64,000 bases of DNA from Okamejei kenojei (GCA_035221665.1 CM069140.1:74090001-74154000); one strand, 5' to 3'. Positions 1 to 14,075 are shown, numbered from the stretch's first letter. A program made the numbers and translations. Notes: generated by a model not told the origin, from the letters alone.

Positions 1-129
1 GAGTGTCGAAAGTGCTGGAATCCATTAGGAAAGGTGAAGGTGTAGTAGCAGAACATCTGAAACACAGCGACAGGATCTGTGAAACAAAAAATCAGCTTGG
101 AATTATTAAAGTTAGATCATACTTGACAA

Positions 130-1260
130 CTTTAATGGGATTTTTTGAGGACATAACCAGTATAGTGGATAGAGTATGAGCCGGCAGATTCTCATTTGGA
201 TACGTGCAAAGCTCTCACATAGTTACAGGGTCATTCATGTGCTATCTAAATGTTTCTTAAACATTGCAATAGTACCTGCCTCTGGCAGCTCGCTCCGTCC
301 AATCACCAAGCTTTGTGTGCAAAAATTACCACAAAACGAGGAAAAGGCTTGTGAGGAATGCGAGGGGCAACCTTTTCCACACAAGGTTTGGTGGTTGTAC
401 AGAACAAGCTGTCAGAGGAGGTAACTGAGGCAGCGACTATCCCAATGTTTAAGAAACAGTTAGACAGGTACATGGATAGGACAGGTTTGGAGGGATATGG
501 GCCTGAGGCTGGCAGGTGGGACTAGTATAGATGGAACATGTTGGCCGGCGTGGGCAGGTTGGGCCGAAGGGCCTGTTTCCACGTTGTATGACTCTACGAC
601 ATGGGTCATCGTCAAAGATTAGTTTGCTAAATGAAGGCACTTGGGATTGGGGGTGATGTACTGACATGGATCGTGCAGGTCTGCTGGCAGGAAACAAAAT
701 GCAGAAGGCAGTGGAGGCCAATTCACTTGATGTATTCAAGAGAGAGTTAGATAGATAGAGCTCTTAGGGCTGACGGAATCAAAGGATATGGGGAGAAAGC
801 AGGAACAGGGGTACTGATTTTGGATGATCAGCCATAATCATATTGAATGGCGGTGCTGGCTCGAAGGGCCAAATGGCCAACTTCCTGCACCTATTTTCTA
901 TCTTTCTATGTAAAAATTCAGAATCAGTGGGACTTTTTCGAAGTGCAGGCAGTGAACAGTGGTATACCGCAAGGTTCAGCGTTGGGACCACAGACATTCA
1001 CCAACATATGTTAGGAATTTAGATGAGGGAATTAAATGTAATTTCTCCAACTAACAGATGACAAAAAGCCAGGAGGGGAAGCTACGAGGAGATGCAGACA
1101 GAACCATCAGTTTGTTCAAATAGGCAAAGAGCAAAGCAGATGACGTACAAGGTGAGTAAATGCGAGGTTATTCATTTCAGTGCATTTTAAAAGAGTTATC
1201 TAAAAGGCAAATGACTAAGAAACATGGCGGTGGGGCCAGACTCGTGAAGCAGTTGCTGAA
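130..1260 (+). mobile_element. Mosaic of degenerate CR1 (HER1-like) LINE fragments
   Basis: CR1 RT and 3'UTR motifs, e.g. cagaaggcagtggaggccaattc, gatcagccataatcatattgaatggcggtgctggctcgaagggcc, ggtataccgcaaggttcagcgttggg (GxPQGSxLG). Confidence 0.75.
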
Positions 1261-2956
1261 AGCAAGTGGTTGACACAAGGAACTGCAGATGCTGGTTTGC
1301 AGAAAAAGACAAAGTGCTGGAGTAACTCAGAGGGTCAGGCGACATGTGTGGGGAGCATGTTTAAGAAGGAACGGCAGATGCTGGAAAAAAATCGAAGGTA
1401 GACAAAAATGCTGGAGAAACTCAGCGGGTGAGGCAGCTTCTATGGCGCGAAGGAATAGGTGACGTTTCGGGTCGAGACCCTTCTTTAGGCTTTGTGTAGA
1501 GAGCAGGCGTGGAAGTACAGCTGGTGTCCAAGATGGCAAACGGTGTGTTGGTCCTTCACATGGAGAGGAACTGTGCACAAGAACAGGGACAGTATCACTG
1601 CAATCGTCCAGGGCTCAGGCGAGGCCACAGCCCCAGTACAGTATGCAGTCCTGGTCCCACTATCAGGGGAAGAATGTTCTTACTATGCATGGACTGCACT
1701 GAAGGTTCACCAGACCGATCGCAGGACTGATTGAAAAGGGTCTGGACACGAAACAGATGCTGGTTTAAACCGAAGACAGACACAAATTGCTGGAGCAACT
1801 CAGCGGGGCAGGCAGCATCTCTAGAGAAAAGGAATGGGTGATGCTTCGAATCGAGACCTGATGTTTTGGGTCAGGTCGGATCTGAAGAAGGGTCTCGGCC
1901 CAAAATGTCATCTTTCCAGAGGATGCTGCCTGACCCGCTGAGTTGCTCCATTTCTGATTTTAGTTTAGTTTAGAGGTTCATCGTGGAAACAGGCCCTTCG
2001 CCCATTAAGTCGGCACCGGCAAGCAATCCCCGTACATTTACACCACCCGACACACACTGGAGACAATTTACTAATTTTACCAAAACCAACTAGCCTACAA
2101 ATCTGTCCGTCTTTGGAGTGTGTGATGAGGCCGGAGCACCCGGAGTAAACCCACGCGGGTCACGGGGAGAACGTACAGACTCCGTACAGACGGCACCAGT
2201 AGATATATATCAGATATATTTGTGAGACTCATGGGGTAATTGTGCTAAAACACACATTTGATATACTGCAAATGATGGATTAGGGAGCACATTTATATTA
2301 CGCAGGATGAAAAGCCTCTCATGCAATTTTTAAATCGGGTACGAGGAAAAAATAGTTACTTTGGACACTGGCAAACAGAAAAAAGCTGTAACTGTGTTGG
2401 GGAAATAATTACCTCCATGCATTAACCAGACACCAGTGAACACAATTTGTTTTGTCAGTTTCACTATGGGTGGTTATTGAAATTGATAAGCAATTGCTTC
2501 TATTTAAAATTGTGCAATGATGCTCCATTAAACTATGTAACATCCAGCATTTAGAATTTAACCCCGGCAGCAATAAAAATAAATGTACTGGTACGATAAA
2601 GGCCTTCATTTTATGAAAATCGTCCTCAAGTCTGAAACTTTCTAGCCTCTAAGAACCTTTCCGATTGACATAATTGATTTCATGATACGATTTTCTATAA
2701 CACAATGTTTCTTAGAAACGTAACTGTAGGCACCTTGCGTTTTACGAGCGTTTGATTTAGACTTTAGAGGTACGGAGCAGAAACAGGCCCTTTGGCCCAT
2801 CGAGTCCACATCGACCAGCCATCCCACGTCGACCAGCGATCCCCCATACACTGACACTATCCTACACTCCAGGGGCAATTTACAAGTTTACAATTTAAAA
2901 TTACAATTGTAAAGAATTACAATTAAAATGTTTCTGAGGTCAATCATCCTCCAAAC

Positions 2957-3771
2957 CAATGTTCCCTCTAAGCTGTGCGCTTGTGTGCACGCGCACAAGT
3001 TTTGAAACCAGCGCACAAAGGGGGTGGAGAGAGGGGGTGGAGCGAGGGGGGTGGAGCGAGGGGGGTGGAGAGAGGGGGGGTGGAGAGAGGGGGGTGGAGA
3101 GAGGGGGGGTGGAGAGAGGGGGTGGAGCGAGGGGGGTTGAGAGGGGGGTGGAGAGAGGGGGGTGGAGAGAGAGGGGAGCGGAGAGAGGGGGGGGCGGAGA
3201 GAGGGGGGGGGAGAGAGGGGGATGGAGAGAGGGGGATGGAGAGAGGGGGAGGAGAGGAGGAGAGGAGAGGGGGAGAGGCAGAGGGGAGGGGGGGGGAGAG
3301 AGAGGGGGACTTGTTACACTGTTAAAATTAAGAACTGTTTCATTTGAAAAACGAAAGCATTCAAGAGTCTGTATGTCATAGACACTACAACGTCACCTAA
3401 AATGAAGTGATCAATAATTATACAGTATATAATTTATACTTATTTGTAAAAATCTCATAATCATATTGACTTTATTGTACAGTTTACGAAGATCCATTTC
3501 AAATTCTGTAGCTGGCTTATTGAGTTTTTATGGAAATAGATTTTGATTGACCATGTCAAATTCACAGGATGCAAAGGGTGTGAAGCGCAAAAGAACTGCA
3601 AGCTGGTTTAAAGTTGAATGGTTTAACGAAATAGTGAAAACTGCTACACGAAAAGCTCACGAGGTCATATATTTGCACAAGAATTCAGTGCACACATTTG
3701 TAACAGCATAAAAAACTGCACAATACAAGATTTCTGTGCACACGAACGACTAAAAATTAGAGGGAACATTG
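2957..3771 (+). mobile_element. Non-autonomous hAT-like DNA transposon inserted into a SINE
   Basis: Perfect 15-bp TIR CAATGTTCCCTCTAA...TTAGAGGGAACATTG. Flanks share caaac (degenerate ~8-bp TSD). SINE sequence resumes on both sides. A short transposase-like N-terminal relic MSNSQDAKGVKRKRTASWFKVEW starts at 3553. Confidence 0.7.
3020..3308 (+). repeat. G-rich polypurine simple repeat (GGAGAGAGGGGG)n
   Basis: About 290 bp almost entirely G/A, with repeated G4-G9 runs. Confidence 0.95.
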
Positions 3772-4859
3772 GATGACAAACCTGCACGTCTCTGGAGTGT
3801 GGGAGGAAACCGGTGAACCCGGAGAAAACCCCATGCTGTCACGGGGAAGAACGTACAAACTCCGGACAGTCAGCACCCGTAGTCAGGATCGAACCCGGTC
3901 ACTGGCTCTGTAAGGCAGCAACTCTACCGCTGCGCCCCTGTGCCTCCTTACGTTTTATGCGCTTTCAAATGAGGCGCTTGTTCTGTTAACACCAAAGTTT
4001 GCTTTACGAGCTGCTATTTTTGGAATGACGCACTCAAATTTACGAGTGATATCTTAGTCGCATACGTTTAATTTGCGATTATGAAAAAAAGCAGTGCTTT
4101 CCAAGGCACATAACCCCCCCGTGCAAAACGCGATGTGCCTGTATTGAGTTGTAACAGAACTACCTGCAGAACTAACGGTGATATGAGGAGAAAGCTGGAA
4201 CAATGTGGATTTAAGAGAGAGTTAGATAAGAGCTCTAGGGGCTAGTGGAGTCAAGCGGTATGGGGAAAAGGTAGGCACGGGTTATTGATAGGGAACGATC
4301 AGCCATGATCACAATCACATGAATGGTGGTGCTGGCTCGAAGGGCTGAATGGCCTCCTCCTGCACCTATTTTCTATTTTTTTATGTTTCTAATATACCAA
4401 ATTTGAACGAACAGCCAAGATCCTGTCAAATGGAAGGCGGGGGGGGGGGGGGGGGGGGGGGGGTTGGCGCAGATGGTTGCCCAAAAAGCCTGCGTTTCTT
4501 TGAAGCTGATGCAGAGATACCTGGGTCTTTTGAAAAGATCGGTAGAATCAAAAGACGAAATAGCAATTCCTGATATTGTCCTCACTTCACTTTTGGCGCG
4601 GCTCATTCCAAGACCAGAATTTATTACTCCGATATCTAGTTTAGAATGCATCACCAGAGCATCTTTGCCAAATCAAACATCTGTTTGAAATATGAAACTC
4701 TGCAAATAACACACGAATTCCAAGTAGGACAAGGCGCCCCCTGCAAAATGGGGCCCAAGACCCAAACCGACGCGGAAATCTGCTATGTTCTTGTGCATTA
4801 AACAAATTAGAACTTCAATTCTGAATCGTGCATGCCAGAAGGAACTAGGTTAGTGTGCC

Positions 4860-5545
4860 TTCAGTCAGCCGCATTGACATGAGGCAGCCAGCAGTTCCAT
4901 GTGGAAGCAACGAACCCTATTCTGTCCTGTATGTCAATGTACCCATTGTCTCGGTGTGGACTCCCGTATATCGGCGAGACCAAGCGCAGACTGGGCCATT
5001 GTTTCGCTGAACTCCTACGCTCAGTCCGCCCCGGCCCGGTTGCCAAACTCTTTAAGGGCCTGTCCCACTTGCCGATTTTTTTCGGCGACTGCGAGCATCA
5101 TTAACTGACTGACGTATCAGGTCAGCGAAAAATTCTCGGCGTGATGACGTATTGACGCGCGGCGTTTTTTCAAGTGTCGCAACATTTTTTTTGTCCCCGC
5201 TGGATTTTGAAATGTCCAAAATCTTTTGGCAACACTGATATGTCACCGGTAGTTGCCAAAAAAAAAATCGGCAAGTGGGACAGGCCCTTTAACTTCCCTT
5301 CCCGTTCCCACACTGACCTTTCTGTCCTGGGCCTCCTTCCCTGTCACGAGTGAGGCCAAACCCAAATTGGAGGAACAGCACCTCATATTTCGCTTTTTCA
5401 AACGGCGGCTTTCAGCCCAGCGGAATATTGAGTTTCTCGTAACCTCCCCTCTCCGACTCTCCGTTTGAAAAAGGGTTTCAACCCGAAGCGTCACCTATTC
5501 CTTTTCTCCAGAGATGCTGCCTGACCCGCTGAATTACTCCGACTG
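4860..5545 (+). mobile_element. Penelope-like element fragment (GIY-YIG endonuclease plus 3' tail), split by a Harbinger MITE
   Basis: Translation SRCGLPYIGETKRRLGHCFAELLRSV is a GIY-YIG motif. It resumes after the MITE as ...KLEEQHLIFR, followed by the tail acccgaagcgtcacctattcc. Confidence 0.8.
5055..5288. mobile_element. PIF/Harbinger MITE (interior type A)
   Basis: TIR AGGGCCTGTCCCACTTGCCGATTTTTTT...AAAAAAATCGGCAAGTGGGACAGGCCCT, with TTA target duplication at 5052-5054 and 5289-5291. Confidence 0.9.
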
Positions 5546-8399
5546 AAGAAATTCCTCCTCATCTTCTGTAAAAGATAGCAAATTGGCTGCAATTGGCTTC
5601 GGTAAAAAGATTGTAAATTGTCCCTAGGATAGAGCTGGGGTACGGGGATCGCTGGTCGGCGCGGACTCGGTGGGCCGAAGGGCCTGTTTCCGTGCTGCAT
5701 CTCTAAACCCCATCTTCCAGCATTGCCTCGTAGCCTTCACTGCCAAGTTAATTCAAGTGTTCACCCAGATACATCTTCAATGCTGTCAGCAACTCTACCT
5801 CCACCACCATGCCCAGCAGTGCGTTCCAGGTACAATTAGTGAAATAGACTCCCTTCAAACCCCCCTAGATTTCTTACCCCTTATCTTAAATGTACGTTGT
5901 TCACTTTTATTCAACTTTGACAAGGAGAGAGGATTTGTGCTGTCTTTGACTTTGGCCTTTAGAGAGACAGTGTAGAAACAGGCCCTTTGCCATAGATGCA
6001 GAGAAAACGCACATCTGCTGTGCATGCTGTTCTCGGTGTGTGGAGTGGCCCCCACTCCCCAGCCCCCCACCCCAAGTTTGTTCCGGCCAGTGATCACCCC
6101 TTAGACTAGCACGATCCTACACACTAGGGACAATTTACAATCTTTACCGAAGCCAATTCACCTACAAACATGTACGTCTTTTGGAGTGTGGAAGGAAACC
6201 GGAATACTCGGAGAAAACCCACGCAGTCACGGGGAGAACGTACAAACTCCGTACAGACGGCACCCGTGGTCAGGATCGGACCCAGGTCTCTGGCGCTGTG
6301 AGGCACCAACTCTACTGCTGCGTCACCGCTGCCAGATATGGTCCTATATAAGCAGTACAATGGAGGTATACTAGACAGAATAAATGGTAGATACACACAA
6401 AATGCTGGAGTAACAGCGGGACATGCAGCATCTCTGTAGAGAAGGAATGGGTGATGTTTTGGGTCGAGACCCTTCTTCAGACTCAGAGTCACCCATTCCT
6501 TCCCTCCAGAGATGCTGCCCGTCTCGCTGAGCTACTCCAGCGTTTTGCGTCTACCTTCGATTTAAACCAGCATCTGCAGTTCTTTCCCACACGCCTAGTG
6601 GCTCCACAGTTGCACGAGCTACAGATGTGCTGAGCGTGTTAGGGTGCTGAGGAAATGGGCGCGAGGTGCCATGACCTAACGCAGCTAGGAAATTGGGTTC
6701 TATTTAAACTGAATCTTCAAAGCCTCAGTGAATCCGGCAAGTCGCTTCATGGCACCATAGAAATGGTCACTTTGAAACAGCCAGCCACTTCAAACCAAGC
6801 ATGTATTCTTTCTCCTGCGAGTTTTGTGATTGCTGCCTCCTTGGCTCTCGTCTGAGCTCTGTTACGAGTGAATTTGCTTCTGCCGTCCTTGCAGGCACGG
6901 CGTCCCGGATTGTAAAACTCGCCATGTCAAACAAAAGACTCTCACCCCCCTCGCCTTGCTCTGCCACAGACTGCACAACAGCCGCTCGCGATGGAGAGCT
7001 CGCTGGCATCTTTAACAATGGCGCCGAGAGGCTTGCAAAACCAATTTAACCCAAGCAGCGCATTAATGTGCTTAATCTGCAAGAAGTTTCTCATTTCATT
7101 TTTTTTTTTTTTTTTTAACAAATCCCAAATCTTGCTGGCAGAGCTGCAAACAAAACAATGTGATTGCACTCTGCATGAGCACTTTCATTAAGTACTCATT
7201 TCTTTTAATTCCCCCTTTGCGGAGGCAACCCTTTTTGAGTTCTCAAATTACACCATATATCCAGATTCCCGCAACCCTTCTGTTACCACACACCTCACGT
7301 TATTCCCTGCTTATTTTTGACCCACTGTAAATGTCTGGAGAGGCTTTGAACAATTGGTCTAAATGTAAGATTACCCAGAGACGATTTGATTTGAAAGATT
7401 AGTCTGGGTTTGTGCGCTTTCTATATACAGCTTGGCTGGGATTTCCACTGTGCTCTTAGTAGGCTTGCTCTTCATAGCGTTACTTATAAACTAAAGAGAG
7501 AACAAAGTCAACCCTTATTTTGTGCAATTCTCAATTAGAGTTGGCACCAGTAATCGTGCTAACCAGTAGTAATTTGTCCATTTTATATAGTTCAAACGCA
7601 CACGATTCATGCCAAATCTGTAGACGTTTGAGTTTAGAGATACAGCGTGGAAAAAGGCCCTTTCGGCCCCCCAAGTCACTAGGGACAATTTACTATTTTA
7701 CCAAAGCCAGTGAACCTACATGCGTGCATGTCTTTGGAGAGTGGGAGGAAACCGGAGCACCCGGAGAAAACCCACATGGTCACAGAGAGAACGTGCAAAC
7801 TCCGTACAGGCAGCACCCTGTGGTCAGGATCGAACCCTGGCGCCATAAGGCAGCAACTCTACCGCTGGTAGACAAAAATGCTGGAGAAACTCAGCAGGTG
7901 AGGCAGCATCTATGGAGCGAAGGAATGGGTGACGTTTCGGGTCGAGACCCTTCCCGTGATAAGGGGCAACTCGATAAGCGTTAGATTGATAACCACATTT
8001 CTGTGGAGTCTATTAACATTTCACACTTCTGACATAATGTTGGCCACAAAGTTACATTGGAAACAATCAAGGAACGGCACCAATTGAAGCCGATTCTCAC
8101 GAGCTTCTAACACTTGAGGCCCATTCTCATGAGAGTGGCATTAGTTGTGGCAATGTTTGCAGCAAACTGTCACGAGTGTGCCAATGTTTAAGGCTAAATT
8201 TTGGACACGTCCCAGAATTGGTGCTCGATATTTGTGGGTCACCACCGTTGGAACAACAGTCAACAACCAGAGAGGGGTCCTGAGCTGCTTTCTACCCCAT
8301 TGGAGGCCCCTTGGACTCCCTTTAATCGGACTTCACCTTGCACTAAACATTATTCAGGTTATTCCCTTTATCATGTACCTGTACACCGCGAGCGGATCG

Positions 8400-8880
8400 A
8401 TTGCAGAGAAATTGCAGCAAATTGTGGTCGCAGCCCAGACCACCACACAAACCAACCTCCCTTCCATTGACTCCATTTACACCTCACGCTGCCTCTGCAA
8501 GGCCAGCAGCACAATCAAGGACAAGTCGCACCCGTCCCACTCCCTCTTCTCCCCTCTTCCATCAGGGAAAAAGGTACAGAAGTGTGGAAACGCACACCAG
8601 ATCCAGGGACAGTTTCTTCCCAGCTGTTATCAGGCAACTGAACCATCCTATCGCAACCAGAGAGCGGTCCTGAACTACTATCTTCCTCATTGGTGACCCT
8701 CGGACTATTCTTGATCGGACTTTGCTGGCTTTACCTTGCACTAAACGTCATTCCATTATCATGTATCTGTATACTGTAAATGGCTCGATTGTAATCAGGT
8801 ATTGTCTTTCCGCTGACTGGATAGCACGCAACAAAAGCTTTTCACTGTACCTCGGTACACATGGCAATAAACTGAACTGA
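8400..8880 (+). mobile_element. Rex1/Babar-type LINE 3' fragment
   Basis: KLQQIVVAAQ...LPSIDSIYTSRCLCKASSTIKDKSHPSHSLFSPLPSG, then RDSFFPAVIRQLN after a frameshift; tail ends in caataaactgaactga. Confidence 0.75.
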
Positions 8881-10688
8881 GCTGATTGTAATCATGTATA
8901 ATCTTCCCGCCGACTGGTTAGCATGCAACAAAAGCTTTTCCCTGTGCCTCATTACACATGACAATAAACTAAATATCTCCGATGTTTAGACACATGACAA
9001 TACATAGGGCATGTACACAGGCAGTCACACACTCATAAGGACACGGACACACTCACACACAGCCTCTGGTGGTTCATCTCATGTAATGATTCCCAAGTGG
9101 AAGTAAATAAATCAGGTTAAAGGACACATGCTTAAGGGTTTAGTGGCAAAACTGAGACACTACATGCACTTCACTGGCACCAACACACTCCATAAAACAA
9201 TTCGTCGGACATTTATTTTAGCCACAGAAACTTCAGGTTCCAAACTGAAAGAGTTCCCAACCTCTCATCTTTCCCAAAGCCAGACTCTTTTGCACATAAA
9301 GATGACCAGCTGGAGATCATTGCTCACATCGGCTGATATTTACTACAGAGGGAGTGTTGCATTTATGGAAAGGCAGTCCCTCAGTTTAGTTTAGTTTAGA
9401 GACACAGCACGGAAACAGGCCCTTTGGCCCACCGAGTCCGCGCCGGCCAGCGATCCCCCGCACACTTACACAATCCTACACACACTAGAGACAATTAACA
9501 ATGATACCAAGCGACTGGGCTTGTAACACAGGAATTTGGAAGGATTGGTAAGGGATTGGGCACGCTAGAGCAGGAAACATTATGCGGGATGCTTTCAAGT
9601 TAGAGAGAGCTCTTAAAGAAAGCAGAGTTATGGGGAGAAGGCAGGAATGGGGTTATCTGATTTGGATGATCAACCATGATCACAGCGAATGAAGGACGAA
9701 TGGCCTATTGTCCTGCACCTAGGAGTGGAGAAACCGGATATCTCGGAGAAAAACCCATGCAGGTGGGAGAACGTTTCCGTACAGTAGTCAGGATCGAACC
9801 CGGGACTCTGGCGCTGTAACCACAGATTCACCACCCTCTGGTTAAAGAAATTCCTCCATCGCTACATGGAGGCTATGGCCGTTGGATCCCGGTCTTCTCC
9901 ACATCCACTCTATCGCAAATGCTCATCGCACGTTAACCTAATCAGCAATGTCAGCACAACCTTCTTCAGACAACCTTCCTCAGATAGGGGGCACAGCATG
10001 GATATGCAGGGTATGGAGGGATGGATCTGAGGTTAGGGCATTATCCTTGATACAGTCCCAGGTTTCCTGTGCTGTGTTCTCTACTTATTTCTTCAAGGTT
10101 GTTTCCGTTGCCAAAATTATTCAAAATCAGAAAGCATAGTTATCGAGGGCAATGCATATATAAGCAGCAGCAATTTACAGGTGAAAATAGTCAATGCAAT
10201 ACCATCCAAGAGAAATTACAAATTGAGCTGAGAATTGCAATTGCTAATCACCCCACCAAACACATATCAGGCCTGCGAGGGGTCATCTTATAGAGGTGTA
10301 CAAAATTATAAGAGGACTGAATGAATACGTTTATTGGCCAAGTAGTCACATACAAGGAATTTGCCTTGGTGCTCCGCCCGCAAGTGACAACATGACAATA
10401 GATTGGTAAACGCAGAGTCCTTTGCCACTAGGTTTAAGGTGATGGCGGAAGGATCGAAGTGACTATTTTACACAAAGGGTGGGGGGGTGGAAATGAACTA
10501 ACTGCCAGAGGAGATCGTTGAGGCAGGTATAATCGCAACATTTAAGAGGCATTTAGACAGGTACATGGCTAGGACAGGTTTAGTGGGGGGGGAGGGGGCA
10601 ATATCATCCTACCACAACCAGAGAGCAGTGCTTTAACTGATGTCCCTCGGACTATACTTGACCCAACTTTGCTGGCTTTACCTTGCAA

Positions 10689-10929
10689 AGGTCCTGTCCC
10701 ACTTGGTGATTTATTTCGGCGACTGCCGGCGTCATTGACTGACATATCAGGGTCGCCGAAACATTTCAAAATTCAGCGGCGACAAACAAAATGTTGCGAC
10801 ACTTGAGGAAACGCCACGGTGTCAATACGCCATCACGCCACGTCACCGCCGCGCCTCTTTCGGTGACCTTATACGTCAGTCAATGACGCCGGCAGTCGGC
10901 GAAAAATATCGGCAAGTGGGACAGGCCCT
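10689..10929. mobile_element. PIF/Harbinger MITE (type A, opposite orientation to 5055)
   Basis: TIR AGGTCCTGTCCCACTT...AAGTGGGACAGGCCCT followed by TAA. It interrupts the repeat tail ccttgca|taaacgtt. Confidence 0.85.
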
Positions 10930-11220
10930 TAAACGTTACTCCCTCATCATGTATCTATACGCTGTAAATGGATCGATTGTAATCATGCGTTGCGTTTCTG
11001 CTGACTGGATAGCACGCAACAAAAGCTTTTCACTGTACCTCGGTACACGTGACAATAAACTCAACTGAAAAGCAGCCAGGTGGGACAAGTGTAGATGGGG
11101 CATGTTGGTCGGCATGGGCAAGTTGGGCCGAAGGGCCTGTTTCCACGCTGTACGAGTCTATATTCTAAACATGCCAACTTTTAGCCACTCTTGTGAATGA
11201 GGACCTATGTACATAAGTAA

Positions 11221-11770
11221 AGGGCCTGTCCCACTTAGGCGATTTTTTCGGTGACCACAGGCCACGTGGTCGCGGGGGGGGGGGGGGGTGACGCCGGTAT
11301 GGTGGCGAGTTGTCTCCTCAAGTCGCCTAAAGAGCAGTAACGTTTTTCTGGTCTCTGCTGGATTTTGAAATGTTTAAAACCTTCCAGCGACTGTGGGCTT
11401 GACGTAGCTTTTCCTGTCGTAGGTGATGTCTTAGGTTGTCGCCAGGATGACGCAGGTTGTCGCCGGGTGCTGACTTCGGTGAATTCCACTGGCGACTACC
11501 TACGTCAACCGGCGACAGGTACCGGCGACTGAATTGTTTTCAGTTGTCGCTGACAGGGTCGTAGCTTGTCGCGGGTGGACGTAGGTTGTCGTAGGTGTGG
11601 TCGTAGGTGGACGTCCTAATGGGTTGCCGGTTGTCGGTAGCTTGCCGTCGACTAGGTGGTAGGTTGCCGGGGGGGGGGGGTTCCAGTCGCCGTTTTTTCG
11701 GCGACCTGCTGCGACTGTGACTGTCGCCGGCAGTCGCCGAAAAAAAAATCTCCTTAGTGGGACAGGCCCT
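11221..11770. mobile_element. PIF/Harbinger MITE (type B)
   Basis: TIR AGGGCCTGTCCCACT...AGTGGGACAGGCCCT with TAA/CAA flanks; interior rich in GTCG repeats. Confidence 0.85.
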
Positions 11771-13044
11771 CAAATCACATTCCTTCATAGATGAGCTTAT
11801 CCAAAGAACGCAGCAAACATGGAAACAAATAAGCAGAATTTCACAGTTACAAAGGAGATTGGTTACATTTCCTTAATCTTTTTCTCACGCCACTATTTAT
11901 AAAATAGTGTGTTAAAACTCCAACTCCAAATTTATAACAGCACAATAAATGCTGGGGTAAAACGCCCATTCAAGAAAAACACCCAGCCTGTGAGCAATTA
12001 CCAAGTAATTAAGTTCACCAGTCAAAAACACAGGCGCCAATGTGGAAGCTGAGAATTCAGCAGACACTGGAAAAGAGTTTACTTTCAATAACCAAGTTCC
12101 CATTTAAATTCTTTAGCTTAGTTTAGAGATGCAGCATGGGGAATAGGCCACTCAGCCCACCGCCCATAGCAACCATTAATCACCCGTTCAGGATTCAGGG
12201 TCAGTTTCTTCCCAGCTGTTTATCTGGCAACTGAACCATACTATCATAAAGTAGAGACCGGTCCTGAGCTACCATCTACCTCATCGAAGACCCTCGGACT
12301 ATTTTTAATCAGACTTTACCTTGCACTAAACGTTATTCCCTTTATCATTTAGTTGTATACTGTGGTTAGCTCGATTGTCATTCCGCTGACTGGATAGGAC
12401 GCAACAAACGCTTTTCACTGTACCTCGGTACACGTGACAATAAACTGAACTAAACCATCATGTTATCGCATTTTCACGTCCATTCCCTGCACACTAGGGG
12501 TAATTTTATAAAGGCAAATAAACCTATCAACCTAAGGTAGACACAAACCACTGGAGTAACTCAACGGGACAAGCAGCATCTCTGGAGAGAAGGAATGGGT
12601 GATGTTTCGGGTCGAGACCCTTCTTCAGACTCTACTAGCTGAGAGAAACCCACACGTGATGTGGGAGACAAACCAATGCAATAAAGGAGAACGGGAAAAC
12701 TCCACACAGACACCCAAGGTCGGGAATGAACCCAGGTCTCTGGCGCTGTGAGGCAGCAGCTCCACCAGCTGCACCTCTGTGCTGGCCCTTATGAACGCTC
12801 CACTAAACTAGCATTTTATGAACAGAAATGGAGGCATCCCAATATATTCAAGCCAGGGTAGGATTTTAAAAATAGGTTTCAGTCAATAGTTCTTAATTTA
12901 TGGTTTACATCATGCCTAGAAATTGACCACATTTGGCTCTGTAGTCAATCATTACAATTTGAGCTCCAAGCTTCATTTTGAGGCAGCGAACTCGGGGAAC
13001 ACTAACCATTTTCCACATCATTAACATTTTTGTTTCTCAAAATA

Positions 13045-13111
13045 CAGATCCACCATCGTTTTTTCCGGCACCTGCTTTAATCTGGACAAAATCATGAGAA
13101 TGCACTTGAAC

Positions 13112-13145
<34 letters not shown>

Positions 13146-13340
13146 ACCCCCCCCCCTCCGGAAATGTAGCACTAAGGCCGGGAAAGGCAGCCGGTCTCTA
13201 CCTCATTGGGACCTCCGCGCCTATCGGCGCGTGGAATTTGCCCCCTTGCGGCCGGGGTTCCGGTTACAGCGGCCCGGTAGAGCCATTCTCATAGTCGCCA
13301 TCCATGGCTGATCAGCGGGTCGAATTTGCCCCCCCCCTCC
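13045..13340. mobile_element. Partial Tc1/mariner-type MITE related to 25253-25663
   Basis: TA|CAGATCCACCA terminus; interior matches the reverse complement of 25450-25600. Confidence 0.6.
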
Positions 13341-13619
13341 CCCTATAAAGAGCACAGGTATATATAGTCATAGAGTCATACTGTGTGGAGAGGTCCTTCG
13401 GCCCAACTTGCCCACACCGGCCAACATATTCCATGTACACTAGTCCCACCTACCCGCGTTTAGTCCATATGCCTCTAAACCTGTCCTATCCATGTACCTG
13501 TTTAACGGTTTCTTAGACATTGGGTTAGTCCCTGCCTCAGCTACCTCCTCTGACAGACAGCTCGTTCCATACACCTACCACTCTTAGCGTGACAAAGTTA
13601 CCCCTCAGGTTCCTATTAA

Positions 13620-14075
13620 ATACAATGCGATACGAACTTTATTGATCCCAGGAGGGAAATTGACCTGCCAAGCCATTAAACACAAGATACACAAAATATG
13701 AAATTAAAGAAATTAAAGTGACGAGCGGAAAGGATTGGGGATGTGCAAAGATTGGGGAGGAGGGGGGTCAGTCTACCCCACGACAGAAGGGGTAGCAGTT
13801 GTAGAGTTTGATAGCCGCAGGGAAAAAGGATCTCCTGTGGCGTTCTGTGCTGCATCTGGGAGGAACCAGTCTGTTGCTCCTCAGGTTGACCAGTGTGTCA
13901 TGGAAGGGGTGACCTTTATTGTCCAAGATGCTCCGCAGTTTGAGGAACCTCCAAGGCCACCTCCCATGAATCCAACTCTGCTCCCAGGACGGAGCCAGCC
14001 TTCTCGATGAGTCTGTTTATTCGATGGGCGTCCGCAGCCTTCACCCTGCTGCCCCAGCACACGGCAGCGAGGAAG
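13620..14075 (-). mobile_element. Rex1/Babar LINE 3' end
   Basis: Same family as 55280-55740 (acagaacgccacaggagatcc = TERHRRS motif; tail gatcaataaag). Confidence 0.75.

Noticed and set aside
2959-3381. Gly/Glu/Arg-rich ORFs
   Set aside because: Translation of the G/A simple repeat.
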